A stretch of 64,000 nt of DNA from Deltaproteobacteria bacterium (GTDB lineage Bacteria > Desulfobacterota > Desulfuromonadia > Desulfuromonadales > JAAYDE01): contig JAAYDE010000053.1 of the NCBI GenBank assembly GCA_012729375.1, forward strand, positions 31,941 to 95,940, read 5' to 3'. The stretch's first letter is position 1; every line of letters starts with the position of its first letter. Under the pieces are notes generated by a model. The model saw only the letters and a list, made by a program, of their open reading frames with translations. It searched no databases and was not told the origin of the DNA. This document shows, piece after piece, positions 18,240 through 33,747 of this stretch. Both the position numbers and the translations under genes were made by a program.

Positions 18240-19205
18240 TCAGACCACCCTGTTTTGGGGACCGCCCTCGAGATAGGCGCGGAGGTTCTCGGCCACAACG
18301 GCCATCAGGCGTTGCCGGGCGGCGCCGCTGGCCCAGGCGATGTGGGGGGTGATGAAACAGTTGCGGGCGGTCAGCAGGGGATTGTCGGCCGCTGGAGGTT
18401 CCTTGGAGAGCACATCCAGCCCCGCGCCGGCGATGCGGCCTTCGTTCAGGGCCGCGGCCAGGGCCGCCTCGTCCACCAGCGGGCCGCGGCCGGTGTTGAT
18501 GAGATAGGCGCCCGGTTTCATCTGGTTCAGGCGTTGGTCGTTGACCAGGCTCTGGGTTTCCGGGGTCAACGGGCAGTGGAGGGTGACGGCGTCGCTTTTC
18601 CGGAAAAGAGCCTCCAGATCGACGAAGGAGAGTTCCCGGTTCTCGGCAAGGTGCCGGTATTTTTCCGGGTGGGCGGTGTGGACCAGGACCTTCATGCCGA
18701 AGGCCTCGGCGATGCGCGTCACGCGGCGGCCGATGGCGCCGAAACCGACGATGCCCAGGGTCAGACCGTCCAGTTCCACCAGCGGCCGGTCGAAGAAGGA
18801 GAAATCAGCGCTGCGCGCCCAGGCGCCGCTGCGGACCAGGGCCCCGTGATGTCCTACCTGGAGCGTCAGCTCCAGCAGCAGGGCGAAGACCATCTGCGCC
18901 ACGGAAGGAGTGCTGTAGCCGGGAACGTTGGTAACGGCGATGCCGCGCTCCCGGGCGGCCTCCAGATCAATCACGTTGACCCCGGTGGCGAGAACGCCGA
19001 TGTAGCGCAGGTTCGGCAGTTGCTCCAGAACGGCCCGGTCCAGCACTGTCTTGTTGGTCAAAACCAGTTCCGCGTCACCGATCCGCTCCATGACTTTTTC
19101 CTTCGGGGTGCGCTCGTAGACGGTGCAGTCGGCGAGGTCTTTGATCTCCTCCCAGCTCAGGTCGCCGGGGTTGAGAGCGTGGCCATCGAGAACGACAAGT
19201 TTCAT
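18240..19205 (-). CDS. D-isomer-specific 2-hydroxyacid dehydrogenase (glycerate dehydrogenase-like)
   Basis: 321 aa with the NAD-binding motif GIVGFGAIGRRV and catalytic-region residues (TGRG...D, ITPHIAW). Confidence 0.85.
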   Translation of the reverse strand: MKLVVLDGHALNPGDLSWEEIKDLADCTVYERTPKEKVMERIGDAELVLTNKTVLDRAVLEQLPNLRYIGVLATGVNVIDLEAARERGIAVTNVPGYSTPSVAQMVFALLLELTLQVGHHGALVRSGAWARSADFSFFDRPLVELDGLTLGIVGFGAIGRRVTRIAEAFGMKVLVHTAHPEKYRHLAENRELSFVDLEALFRKSDAVTLHCPLTPETQSLVNDQRLNQMKPGAYLINTGRGPLVDEAALAAALNEGRIAGAGLDVLSKEPPAADNPLLTARNCFITPHIAWASGAARQRLMAVVAENLRAYLEGGPQNRVV

Positions 19206-19260
19206 CGCAACTCCCTGTTGAAAGGATGGAACCGATTTCGGCGGTCAAGCCGCTTTGACC

Positions 19261-19973
19261 TCAATCATCAGGACAATCCATCCCCAGATCGCACACCCGG
19301 TCGAAGATTACCGTGGCAAGATGGGAGCAAGCCGCTTTCACTGTCGGCCAGTCGTGCCAGCGAGGGTCGAGATTCTTGTACTCGCTGAGTTCGGTTTCTT
19401 CCAGGTCGTAGGGCAATGCGTTGGCGAGTTGCACCTGCAGTTGCTGGAGCGGCGATTCCCCACTCTGTTGCCGATAGAGCTGGTCAAAGGATTGCAACGC
19501 CAGGGCCACGCTCTCGTCGCCCATGTGATCGGCCAAGGCCAAGAAATCAAGGTAATCTCGCGTGGCATTGCGCTTAAGAATCAACACCCCCTTGATGCGC
19601 AGAATCTCCGCTTTCGTTGGAACCGTGATCCGTTCCCCGCGGTAGTCCACGACCGCCGTTTCCAGCGGTTCGTCGCGAACCAGCTGGCGAACCCCGGTTT
19701 CGATCCCATCAAGGCTGCCAAGAATTTGCACGGGGCGCTGCACGCGGGCGGTTTTCCAGCCAGCGACCGACTCCAGTTGGGCCAGCACTTCGTCAAAGCG
19801 ATGGCGCAGATCCGTCAATACATGGTCGGCGTCCAGCGAGAAGCGATGTCCGGCGTGGATTGCCGAGGCGGTTCCGCGCCGACCAGCACGGCGTCCGGCA
19901 GGATGTGCTGAAGCCGTGCGGCGGACGATAAAACGAGTTCCCAGTCAGGAGGCGGTCCGGTGTTTTTCCGCAT
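19261..19973 (-). pseudogene. AbiEii/AbiGii-type nucleotidyltransferase toxin, interrupted by a frameshift near 19874-19882
   Basis: The N-terminal piece (MRKNTG...LQHILPDAVLVG, frame of ORF 19815..20108) and the C-terminal piece (GTASAIHAGHRFSLDADHVLTDLRH..., frame of ORF 19261..19818) join into the family's GGTA...HR.S.D.D motif only after a shift of 1 or 2 nt at GGCGCGGAACC. Confidence 0.7.
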
Positions 19974-20172
19974 AGTGCATCCAGAAGTGGTGGCGCTGGG
20001 CATAGGGGTCGGAAACGTAAGGAAGACAAACCCGCTCCACTTTATCCAGCAGGGTGCGGTCAGCCAGGACGGCCCGGCGCAATTCAGCCCAATCCCGCCA
20101 TTGACCACGGGAAATTACGTCGTCGATAGCGGCGAGAGTGAAGTCTTGATGATTGAGGTGGCGATGAAGCAT
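19945..20172 (-). CDS. small protein upstream of and overlapping the AbiEii-like gene (putative antitoxin; family not recognised)
   Basis: 75 aa (MLHRHLNHQDFTLAAIDDVISRGQWRDWAELRRA...). Its 3' end overlaps the toxin start (19973) by 29 nt, a typical toxin-antitoxin arrangement. Confidence 0.45.
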   Translation of the reverse strand: MLHRHLNHQDFTLAAIDDVISRGQWRDWAELRRAVLADRTLLDKVERVCLPYVSDPYAQRHHFWMHYAEKHRTAS

Positions 20173-20419
20173 GACAACCACACACCTTTTTTGTTTGTCG
20201 ATATAGACATTTTACGTGGGCAATGATTGTTAAGCAATAGGCTTGCAGCGATTCAGAACCCCGGTTCGACCCACTATCCGGGAGAGAAGTCCCGGGGACG
20301 GAATAGGTAGTTACCCCGGCAGGGGGGCGGATTTCTTTTACCTACCTTTCTTTTTCCGCGAAAAGAAAAATAGGTCGCCGGTAAGGCAAAACCAAAGGCT
20401 TCAATTCAGCAGCGAGCTG

Positions 20420-23245
<2,826 letters not shown>

Positions 23246-23264
23246 AGGGAAATTTATTTACAGA

Positions 23265-23392
23265 GTGATGAAAAGCAAGAATTTGGTCTCTCAGGCAAGG
23301 CGCGAGGTTTTGGAAAAGCGCAAGCTTTTACAGCAGAAGGTGAGTCTTTGGGAGATCCGGGCCATCCCCGCGACACCCAAAGCCTGTCAGAG
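23265..23392 (+). repeat. copy C of a dispersed ~130-nt intergenic element
   Basis: From the shared core AGGCAAGGCG (23293-23302), 60 of 76 positions are identical to the 56.9-kb copy without gaps (hand alignment). The 5' boundary is uncertain. There are stop codons in all frames. Confidence 0.75.
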
Positions 23393-24325
23393 GAGGACCT
23401 CAATCCGCGCATTTTTGCGCAATTCTTCGGCCCAGCTCCTGAATTGATCTTCGGTTTTCGCCTCGGACAGCTTTCTTTCGATTTCCGACCGTACTTCACT
23501 CAGCTTGCGGAGTTCTCCGGGCGATTTTTCGAAGATGTGAAACAGGCGTGCGCCACCAGGGACTTCAATGACCTGACTTGTGTCTCCCGCGTCAAGGCCA
23601 TGAACGGCGGCGGCGTAGGCAGGGTTAAGATCTTCCGGATTGACATTCCCCAGATCGCTTCCGGAAAAGGCGGGAGCGGTCTCCAGATCGTCCAGGACGG
23701 CGGAAAACTTCTCTCCGGCGGCGAGCCGTTGGCGCACCGCTTCAAGCTGTTGCGCCGCTTCCCGGGGATCGCCACCCCCAATGGCGCTGACGGCGATTGT
23801 GCCGAGGCGGAGGGTGGGGGGTCTGCGGTAGTCGTCGATATGGAGGCGGAAGTACTCGTTGATCTCGCGGTCGGTGACGCGCAGATTCTTGAGGATGTCC
23901 TGGCGCAGCAACTTCAGACGGAGGAGCTGGTTGCGCAGGTTGGCGCGGAAGCCTTCATAGCTCATCCCCTGCTCGGCGAGGGCGGCGATCAGCTGATCAC
24001 CGGATAGGTTGTTGGAGCGTTCCACATCCCGCTGGGCGGCTGCCAGTTCCTCCTCGGTAACCTCGATTTTGAGATCCTTCACCTTCTGCTCGATGAGGGT
24101 TTCCTCGATGAGCATCCCCAGCGCCTGCTTACGCAAGGATTCCTGCTTTCCAGTGACTGCTTCCCGGGCCTTGGGGCTGAGTTCGGAAATCTTCTTGTCG
24201 ATCTGGAAAGTGGTGATGACATCGCCGTTGACGACGGCGGCGATGCGGTTGATCACCTCAGCATGAAGAGCCGCTCCCCAGAAAAGGAGGAAAGTGACCA
24301 GGGCAGCGCTGAGAATGGTTTTCAT
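23387..24325 (-). CDS. periplasmic peptidyl-prolyl isomerase / chaperone (SurA-like, PpiC-type)
   Basis: 312 aa with a signal peptide, a SurA N-terminal-like domain (INRIAAVVNGDVIT) and a C-terminal parvulin domain. Confidence 0.8.
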   Translation of the reverse strand: MKTILSAALVTFLLFWGAALHAEVINRIAAVVNGDVITTFQIDKKISELSPKAREAVTGKQESLRKQALGMLIEETLIEQKVKDLKIEVTEEELAAAQRDVERSNNLSGDQLIAALAEQGMSYEGFRANLRNQLLRLKLLRQDILKNLRVTDREINEYFRLHIDDYRRPPTLRLGTIAVSAIGGGDPREAAQQLEAVRQRLAAGEKFSAVLDDLETAPAFSGSDLGNVNPEDLNPAYAAAVHGLDAGDTSQVIEVPGGARLFHIFEKSPGELRKLSEVRSEIERKLSEAKTEDQFRSWAEELRKNARIEVLL

Positions 24326-24389
24326 GGCCGATACCTTTGTTCACAAAAATGCCGCAGCGAAATCCTGTTTTTCATTGTATCGACGATAA

Positions 24390-27893
<3,504 letters not shown>

Positions 27894-28034
27894 TTTATCG
27901 GCGGTGCTTTGTGGAGAGGGGCTCGGGCCAGGGTTTTCGGCTCACGGTGGGTTTTGCCCACCTGGTTCGCCGCGGACGAGAACCAGGCCGAACCAGCAAC
28001 CCTCATCCTTATCTACCCGTCCGCGGCCCTGGTT

Positions 28035-28955
28035 TCAATCCTCTCGCGGTACCGCGAGCATTCGGTCCAGTGCCCGGCGGGCGCGGCGGCGGATTTCCTC
28101 GGGCACGGTGACGACGGGGGTCAGGGTTTCAAGACTGCGGCGCAGATCCTCCAGGGTGGTTTTCTTCATGCTGCCGCAGATCAAGGTGGAAGAGGGAAGG
28201 ATGAATTCCTTGTCGGGATTGTCGCGGCGCAACTGGTAGAGAAGCCCCATTTCGGTGGCGATGATGAATTTCTCCTCGGCGCTTTTGCGGACATAGGCGA
28301 GCATGCCGCTGGTGGAGAGAATGTGATGGGCCAGAGCCAATATCTCGGGGCGGCACTCGGGGTGGGCCAGCACCACGGCGTCGGGATGGGCATCCATGGC
28401 CTTCCGCAGCATGGCAAGGGGCAGTTCGTCATGGACGCAGCAGCAACCGTCCCAGAGATGGCAGACCTTGTCGGTTTGGGTGGCGATGTAATGTCCGAGA
28501 TTGCGGTCCGGGGCGAGAATGACTTCTTTTTCGGCCAGGGAATGGACCACCCTCACCGCGTTGGCGCTGGTGCAGCAGATGTCGCTCTCGGCCTTGACGG
28601 CGGCGCTGGAATTGACATAGGTGACCACCGGAGCGCCCGGATGTTTTTCCTTCATCCGGCGCAGGCCTTCCGGAGTGATGCAGTCGGCCAGGGGGCAGCC
28701 GGCGTCAGGCCGAGGCAGGAGCACCGTTTTCTCCGGAGAAAGGATGGCGGCGCTTTCGGCCATGAAGTAAACCCCGCAGAAAACGATGACCGTTCTTGGC
28801 GTCTTGGCCGCTTCGATGGAGAGGCCGAGGGAGTCGCCGGTGATGTCGGCAATCTCCTGGATATCGTCCGGCTGGTAGTTGTGGGCGAGAATGACGGCGT
28901 CCCGCTCGGCGGCCAGGCGGCGGATTTCGTTGATGATCTGTTGGCGTTGGTTCAT
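28035..28955 (-). CDS. nadA: quinolinate synthase
   Basis: The C-terminal 306 aa of ORF 28035..29456 ([28 protein letters not shown]...) match NadA. The start is moved to ATG 28955; the upstream extension is antisense to tatA. Confidence 0.92.
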   Translation of the reverse strand: MNQRQQIINEIRRLAAERDAVILAHNYQPDDIQEIADITGDSLGLSIEAAKTPRTVIVFCGVYFMAESAAILSPEKTVLLPRPDAGCPLADCITPEGLRRMKEKHPGAPVVTYVNSSAAVKAESDICCTSANAVRVVHSLAEKEVILAPDRNLGHYIATQTDKVCHLWDGCCCVHDELPLAMLRKAMDAHPDAVVLAHPECRPEILALAHHILSTSGMLAYVRKSAEEKFIIATEMGLLYQLRRDNPDKEFILPSSTLICGSMKKTTLEDLRRSLETLTPVVTVPEEIRRRARRALDRMLAVPRED

Positions 28956-29138
28956 GGCTGCTCCCGGTTGCGGTATCCCGCCAAATAACAAGTGAATTGA
29001 TTGTAGGGGAGTTTTTCCGGCGCTGTCAAAGGGTTCTTGACCGGCGGGGTTTTTTGGCCAAACAAAAAAGCGGTTTTCAGCAGCGGGATTTGCCGCCATA
29101 ATTGCAGCTGTCCTATTATGTTTTCCAGGGAGATAGAG

Positions 29139-29471
29139 ATGTTCGGAATTGGAATGGCCGAAATGCTGCTGATTCTCGTTGTCGTCCTTATCGTCATCGG
29201 GCCGAAACGGCTGCCCGAGGTGGCCAAGGCGCTGGGCCGGGGGGTTGCTGAATTCAAGAGGGCTGCCGATGAGTTCCGTAACGCCGTGCACAGCGACCTG
29301 CAGGGCCGGGACGAAGACCGAAAAAAAGGCCTCGGGGAGCCTCCTGCCGATGTCCCGCACCGTATCGGTGCCAGCGGGTCCGACCGGGATGAGGAGGAAA
29401 GGGACGATCCCCATCCTCCCTTGACGGTGGACGGTCGTGAGCCGGAAAAGGATCAAGGAGGAAAGTCGTGA
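29139..29471 (+). CDS. tatA: twin-arginine translocase TatA/TatB family protein
   Basis: [42 protein letters not shown] is the canonical TatA/B N-terminus. The start follows GGGAGATAGAG, and the gene overlaps tatC by 4 nt. Confidence 0.9.
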   Translation: MFGIGMAEMLLILVVVLIVIGPKRLPEVAKALGRGVAEFKRAADEFRNAVHSDLQGRDEDRKKGLGEPPADVPHRIGASGSDRDEEERDDPHPPLTVDGREPEKDQGGKS

Positions 29472-30205
29472 GTGATCCGCCTCTCTCCTTGCTGGCCCAT
29501 CTCGAGGAGCTGCGCCGGCGGCTGATCATCGCCGCCTGTGCCTGGGGGATCGGTTTTCTGGCCTGTTACGTTTTCTCCGAGGAGTTGTTCCGCTACATCG
29601 CCGTTCCGGTCCGGGCGGCGCTTCCGGGCGGCAGTTCACTGGTTTTCATCAGCGCCACCGAACCCTTTTTCACCTATCTCAAGATCGCCGCTTTCGCCGG
29701 CCTGCTGGCTGCTCTGCCGGTGATCCTGTGGCAGGCCTGGCTATTTGTCGCCCCCGGTCTCTACGCCAGGGAAAAGCGTCTCGCCGTTCCCTTCGTCCTC
29801 TCCGGCTGCCTCTGCTTCGGTCTCGGCGCCTACTTCGGTTTTTCCTGCGTTTTCCCCGTCATTTTCACCTTCCTGGTCGGTTTCGGCACCGGTGCCGGGG
29901 AAATCAGCGCCATGCTCTCCATGGGGGCTTATCTGAGCCTTTCCATCCGCCTTCTGTTCTCCTTCGGCCTGGTCTTCGAACTGCCCGTGGTGATCTTCTT
30001 CCTGGCCCGCATGGGGCTCGTCGATCATTGCTGGCTGGCGGCCCGGCGCAAATACGCCATCGTCCTCGCCTTTGTGGCCGGCGCCATCCTCACCCCTCCC
30101 GATGTCTTTTCCCAAACCGCCATTGCCCTGCCTTTCGTCCTCCTCTACGAGGTCGGCATTGTCGTGGCGCGGATTTTCGGCAAACAGAAGGGCGGGGAGG
30201 AATAA
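29468..30205 (+). CDS. tatC: twin-arginine translocase subunit TatC
   Basis: 245 aa starting [13 protein letters not shown], with a six-TM TatC pattern and a GTG start. Confidence 0.92.
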   Translation: MSDPPLSLLAHLEELRRRLIIAACAWGIGFLACYVFSEELFRYIAVPVRAALPGGSSLVFISATEPFFTYLKIAAFAGLLAALPVILWQAWLFVAPGLYAREKRLAVPFVLSGCLCFGLGAYFGFSCVFPVIFTFLVGFGTGAGEISAMLSMGAYLSLSIRLLFSFGLVFELPVVIFFLARMGLVDHCWLAARRKYAIVLAFVAGAILTPPDVFSQTAIALPFVLLYEVGIVVARIFGKQKGGEE

Positions 30206-30461
30206 GAAGGTCCGGCGTCACGGTAAAAAACAGCCGCAAAGGAGCTGCCCCATCACAGTTTCCGGGAAAATCGGCAGAAATGGTTAGATATAAATCTACC
30301 CGGAATTCCCTTTTCCTGCCCCCGTCCTCTTCCCTCCCCTATTGGTTTTCCCTCAATTTTCCCGAAGGGCAACCTTGCGCCCCGTTTGAGCAGTATAATT
30401 TTCTCTTGAGAGGTATTCGTTTGGCATTCCCAAGCCTGGAGACAAGAAAGGATTTCCTTTT

Positions 30462-31949
30462 ATGGCCGACGAGAAAAAAGCACCTTTGTACGACGAAGAG
30501 CTGGAAAAGCTGACCCCTCCCAGTATGGCTCCCGGTGCTTTGATCAAGCATTTCGGGCCCGGCCTCATCCTGATGATGACCGGTATCGGCACCAGCCACC
30601 TGGTCACCTGTCCCACCGCCGGAGGTCGTTTCGGCTACGCGCTGCTGTGGACCCTCCCCATATGCTACATCTTCAAATATTACGGCTTTCAGATGGCCTT
30701 CCGTTTTACCAACGCCACCGGCATGAGCATGATGGACGCTTACGGCTGTGCCCCCGGCAAATGGCCTCTCTGGTATGTCATGATCGTCACCATCATTCAA
30801 TGTGCCGTCGGCCAGGCCGGCCGTCTTATCGCCGCCGCCGCCGTCTTCTACTATCTTTTGACGATACGCTGGGGGTTGCCCTTGCCGATGTGGGCCTATG
30901 CCTTGGCCGTTTCCTTGATTTCCGTCTATGTCATTCTCTTCGGGAATTACGGTGCCGTTGAAACCGTCACCAAGTATTGCGCCGGTGCCCTGGTCCTTTC
31001 TTCCCTGATCGTTTATTTTGTAGAACCTGCCCCTCTGGCCAAAATGAAGCATTTTTTCATTTTTGATATGCCCGCGGGTTCCTGGCTGATCGTTGCCGGA
31101 TTCTTCGGCTTGCTCCCCACGGGGATCGACGTTTCGGTACAGGCCTCCGAATGGGGGAAAGCCAAGAAAAAAGGGATGGCTCTCATCCGCCGCACTTTGG
31201 AGAAAAACGGCAAAATGCCCCTTTTTGATCCTTTTTCCTCAAAAAAATCCGATCTTCAGATGAATATCAATGGCCTTTCTCCCCATGTCCGGGAATACGC
31301 CCTTCGCTGGTTCAAGATCGGAAACTATGACTTCGCCTTCGGCCACTGGGTTTCTGCCCTGATCGCCTTTGTTTACCTGGTTTTGGCCGCTGTCTGGATG
31401 TATCCCAGTGAGGTGGAAGGCCAGGCCGTGATGGGGGAAATCGCCAAGATTTTCACCGACAGCATCGGTCCCTGGATGATGGTTGTCTTCATCCTTGGCG
31501 CCGCCGCGGCCACCTTCTCTACCGCTTTCAACTATTTTGACGGCTGGCCCCGTCTGGTTGGCGCCTGCTGCCGAAATATTTTCAAGGCCACCGCCGAACT
31601 TTCCGGGATCGATCGTGCCGATTTAACTCCAGAAAAGAAAAGCAAGTGGTATTCCGAGTACAATATCTATCGGATCACCATGGCGTGGACAGTCATTACC
31701 TCCTGCGTGATTATTATCGGTATTCCTCGCCCGGTCTTTTTGGTACTGGTGGCTTCCGCCCTGGCCTATTTCATTGCCCCGGTCATTTTTTTCCTCAACC
31801 TCTGGTACTGCTTCACGGTTATCGACAAGCGAGACAAGGATTATTATCCTAACGTTTTTGCAACTTATTTCGGTTGGTTCAGTTTCCTGGTCTTTACCGT
31901 CATGACCGGCTTGATGATCGCGGCCCGACTCTTCAACATCCAATTTTGA
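30462..31949 (+). CDS. Nramp-superfamily membrane transporter with a non-canonical metal-site motif
   Basis: 495 aa and ~11 TM. The TM1 region GPGLILMMTGIGTSHLVTCPTAGGRFGYALLW aligns without gaps to the MntH GP...DPGN...FGYxLLW segment, but GTSH replaces DPGN. Confidence 0.6.
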   Translation: MADEKKAPLYDEELEKLTPPSMAPGALIKHFGPGLILMMTGIGTSHLVTCPTAGGRFGYALLWTLPICYIFKYYGFQMAFRFTNATGMSMMDAYGCAPGKWPLWYVMIVTIIQCAVGQAGRLIAAAAVFYYLLTIRWGLPLPMWAYALAVSLISVYVILFGNYGAVETVTKYCAGALVLSSLIVYFVEPAPLAKMKHFFIFDMPAGSWLIVAGFFGLLPTGIDVSVQASEWGKAKKKGMALIRRTLEKNGKMPLFDPFSSKKSDLQMNINGLSPHVREYALRWFKIGNYDFAFGHWVSALIAFVYLVLAAVWMYPSEVEGQAVMGEIAKIFTDSIGPWMMVVFILGAAAATFSTAFNYFDGWPRLVGACCRNIFKATAELSGIDRADLTPEKKSKWYSEYNIYRITMAWTVITSCVIIIGIPRPVFLVLVASALAYFIAPVIFFLNLWYCFTVIDKRDKDYYPNVFATYFGWFSFLVFTVMTGLMIAARLFNIQF

Positions 31950-32000
31950 TTTTATGCCAAAGGGACAACCGAGATTTTTCCGTTTATTTGAGCTGAAGGC

Positions 32001-33161
32001 ATGAAGCGGATTCTGCATCTGGACATGGACGCCTTTTTCGCTTCGGTGGAGCAGGTTGATAATCCCCATCTGCGGGGCCGGCCGGTGATGGTGGGCGGGC
32101 GCGATCGGGGGGTCGTCGCCGCCTGTTCCTACGAAGCCCGCCGGTTCGGTGTCCGTTCGGCCATGCCCAGCGCTGAAGCCAGACGCCGTTGTCCCCAGGG
32201 TGTTTTCGTGCCCGGCCGGATGCACCGCTATAAAGAGGTTTCCCTGCGGATCATGGCCCTGCTGGAGGATTTCTCCCCGCTGGTGGAGCAGGCTTCCGTG
32301 GACGAGGCCTATCTGGACATCACCGGGATGGAATTACTTTTCGGAAGCCCGGAGCGCTTGGCGGCGGCTCTCAAACAAGCCATTCGCGAGCATACCGGTT
32401 TGCCCTGTTCCATCGGCATTGCGCCGGTGAAGTTTCTGGCCAAGATCGCTTCGGACTATGACAAGCCTGACGGCCTGTTCATTCTGGGGCCGGAAAAGGT
32501 TGCCGAGTTCTTGCGCAGGCTGCCTGTCGCCAAAATCCCCGGCGTCGGCAAACGCGGCCTGGAGCGCTTGCGCACCCTCAATATCCACTATGCGGCGGAT
32601 GTGCAGCGTTACTCCCCGGATTTCTGGAAGTCGCGATATGGCAAATGGGGGGAATCACTTTACGAGCGGGGCCAGGGTCGCGGTTGCGACGTGGTTCGTC
32701 CCGGCCATGAAGCGAAATCCGAAAGTGCGGAAAACACCTTTGACGAGGATACGGCGGATCGCGATTTGCTTTGCCGCTGGCTGCTTTTACAGGCCGAGCG
32801 GGTAAGCCGCAGCCTGCGCCGCATGGGGGTGGAGGGGCGAACCGTGACCCTCAAGGTCAAATTCGCCGATTTTCAGCAGATCACCCGCAGCACAACTATG
32901 GCTGCACCTACCAACAATACGGAGCGGATATTCCAAGCCGCGGCTGAACTGCTGGCGGCACTGGAACTCAAAAAAAAGGTACGGCTTATCGGCGTGGGGG
33001 TATCCAACTTCGATGTCCCACCCCGCCAGCTTTCCCTGCTGGCGGAAGAACGGGCGGAAAAACAGGCGAAGCTGGATGTGGCTGTGGACGGTATCCGCGA
33101 GAAATTCGGCGGCGACTCCCTGGTGCGCGGCCGCCTGTTCGGTTTTCGGCGCCGTTCCTGA
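32001..33161 (+). CDS. dinB: DNA polymerase IV
   Basis: 386 aa with ILHLDMDAFFASVEQ and SVDEAYLD motifs. Confidence 0.95.
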   Translation: MKRILHLDMDAFFASVEQVDNPHLRGRPVMVGGRDRGVVAACSYEARRFGVRSAMPSAEARRRCPQGVFVPGRMHRYKEVSLRIMALLEDFSPLVEQASVDEAYLDITGMELLFGSPERLAAALKQAIREHTGLPCSIGIAPVKFLAKIASDYDKPDGLFILGPEKVAEFLRRLPVAKIPGVGKRGLERLRTLNIHYAADVQRYSPDFWKSRYGKWGESLYERGQGRGCDVVRPGHEAKSESAENTFDEDTADRDLLCRWLLLQAERVSRSLRRMGVEGRTVTLKVKFADFQQITRSTTMAAPTNNTERIFQAAAELLAALELKKKVRLIGVGVSNFDVPPRQLSLLAEERAEKQAKLDVAVDGIREKFGGDSLVRGRLFGFRRRS

Positions 33162-33276
33162 GGTGACTTGCCGGGAGGCGGCCACGTCCAGAATCAAAAA
33201 CTGAAAAAAAGCTGCCAATCGGTATGCTACCCGAATGTGCCTGAAAACGGCGCGATTTCAGTAGTGGGTCACAACC

Positions 33277-33585
33277 TTATTCCGCAGTCTGGAAATCTCC
33301 CAAAGGCCGGACAAAGGTATATTTCCCCGGAGTCACCACCAGATTTTTTCCGGCTTTGTTAAAACGTTCCTTGGACCAGACGGTAAAAGGCAGGGAAGCC
33401 ACCCAGAAGACACAGCCGACGGCGGTGGCGGCAATCCCCACGGGCCGGGTCACGGCAAAATCGACCACCATATCGGTGCCGGAATCGCCGAAGACGGAAT
33501 TCTTTTCCCAGGCGAAAGCGCTTGCAACATTCATCACCAGGAACATCGCCGCCGCGGCAATGATGATCTTCCCTTTACATCGCAT
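33277..33585 (-). CDS. small hypothetical exported/membrane protein
   Basis: 102 aa (MRCKGKIIIAAAAMFLVMNVASAFA... plus a second hydrophobic segment). GGAGG lies 6 nt upstream of ATG 33585. No family recognised. Confidence 0.5.
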   Translation of the reverse strand: MRCKGKIIIAAAAMFLVMNVASAFAWEKNSVFGDSGTDMVVDFAVTRPVGIAATAVGCVFWVASLPFTVWSKERFNKAGKNLVVTPGKYTFVRPLGDFQTAE

Positions 33586-33670
33586 AGTCATCCTCCATGG
33601 GTTTGAAAGGGGTTGTGTCAGCAATCGGAAAGCAAGTTTAGCGCCAACTCAATAATAATTTCTCATTCAC

Positions 33671-33747
33671 GGATGGCAAGCTATTTCTTGAATCCGGAAG
33701 GATGTCGGGCTAATCTTGCTTTATCCGGAGGCCATCCTCTTTTTAAT
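33671..33747 (+). promoter_or_regulatory. structured purT leader with a terminator-like hairpin and alternative pairings
   Basis: GGATGGC (33671-33677) pairs with GCCATCC (33731-33737), with inner GCAAG/CTTGC pairing. The hairpin is followed by TCTTTTTAAT and lies 26 nt before the purT ATG. Internal palindromic TCCGGA occurs at 33693 and 33724. Confidence 0.4.

Noticed and set aside
20255-20285. A tRNA-like GGTTCGAC box (and a second GGTTCGAAT at 8255-8263), which could mark a tRNA gene or an integration att site next to the toxin-antitoxin pair.
   Set aside because: The flanking bases cannot form a T-stem (CCCGG versus CACTA at 20.26 kb; TGCGG versus TGCCA at 8.26 kb). No acceptor or anticodon arms are evident and no integrase is nearby.
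30422-30435. A sigma-54-like TGGCAT-N5 element, and a TATAAT box at about 30393, upstream of the Nramp-like gene. A possible Mn riboswitch in the 256-nt spacer 30206-30461 was also considered.
   Set aside because: The -12 element is AAGC rather than TTGC. The TATAAT has no properly spaced -35. The yybP-ykoY hallmark GGGGAGUAG and its partner blocks are absent. This is too weak to call.
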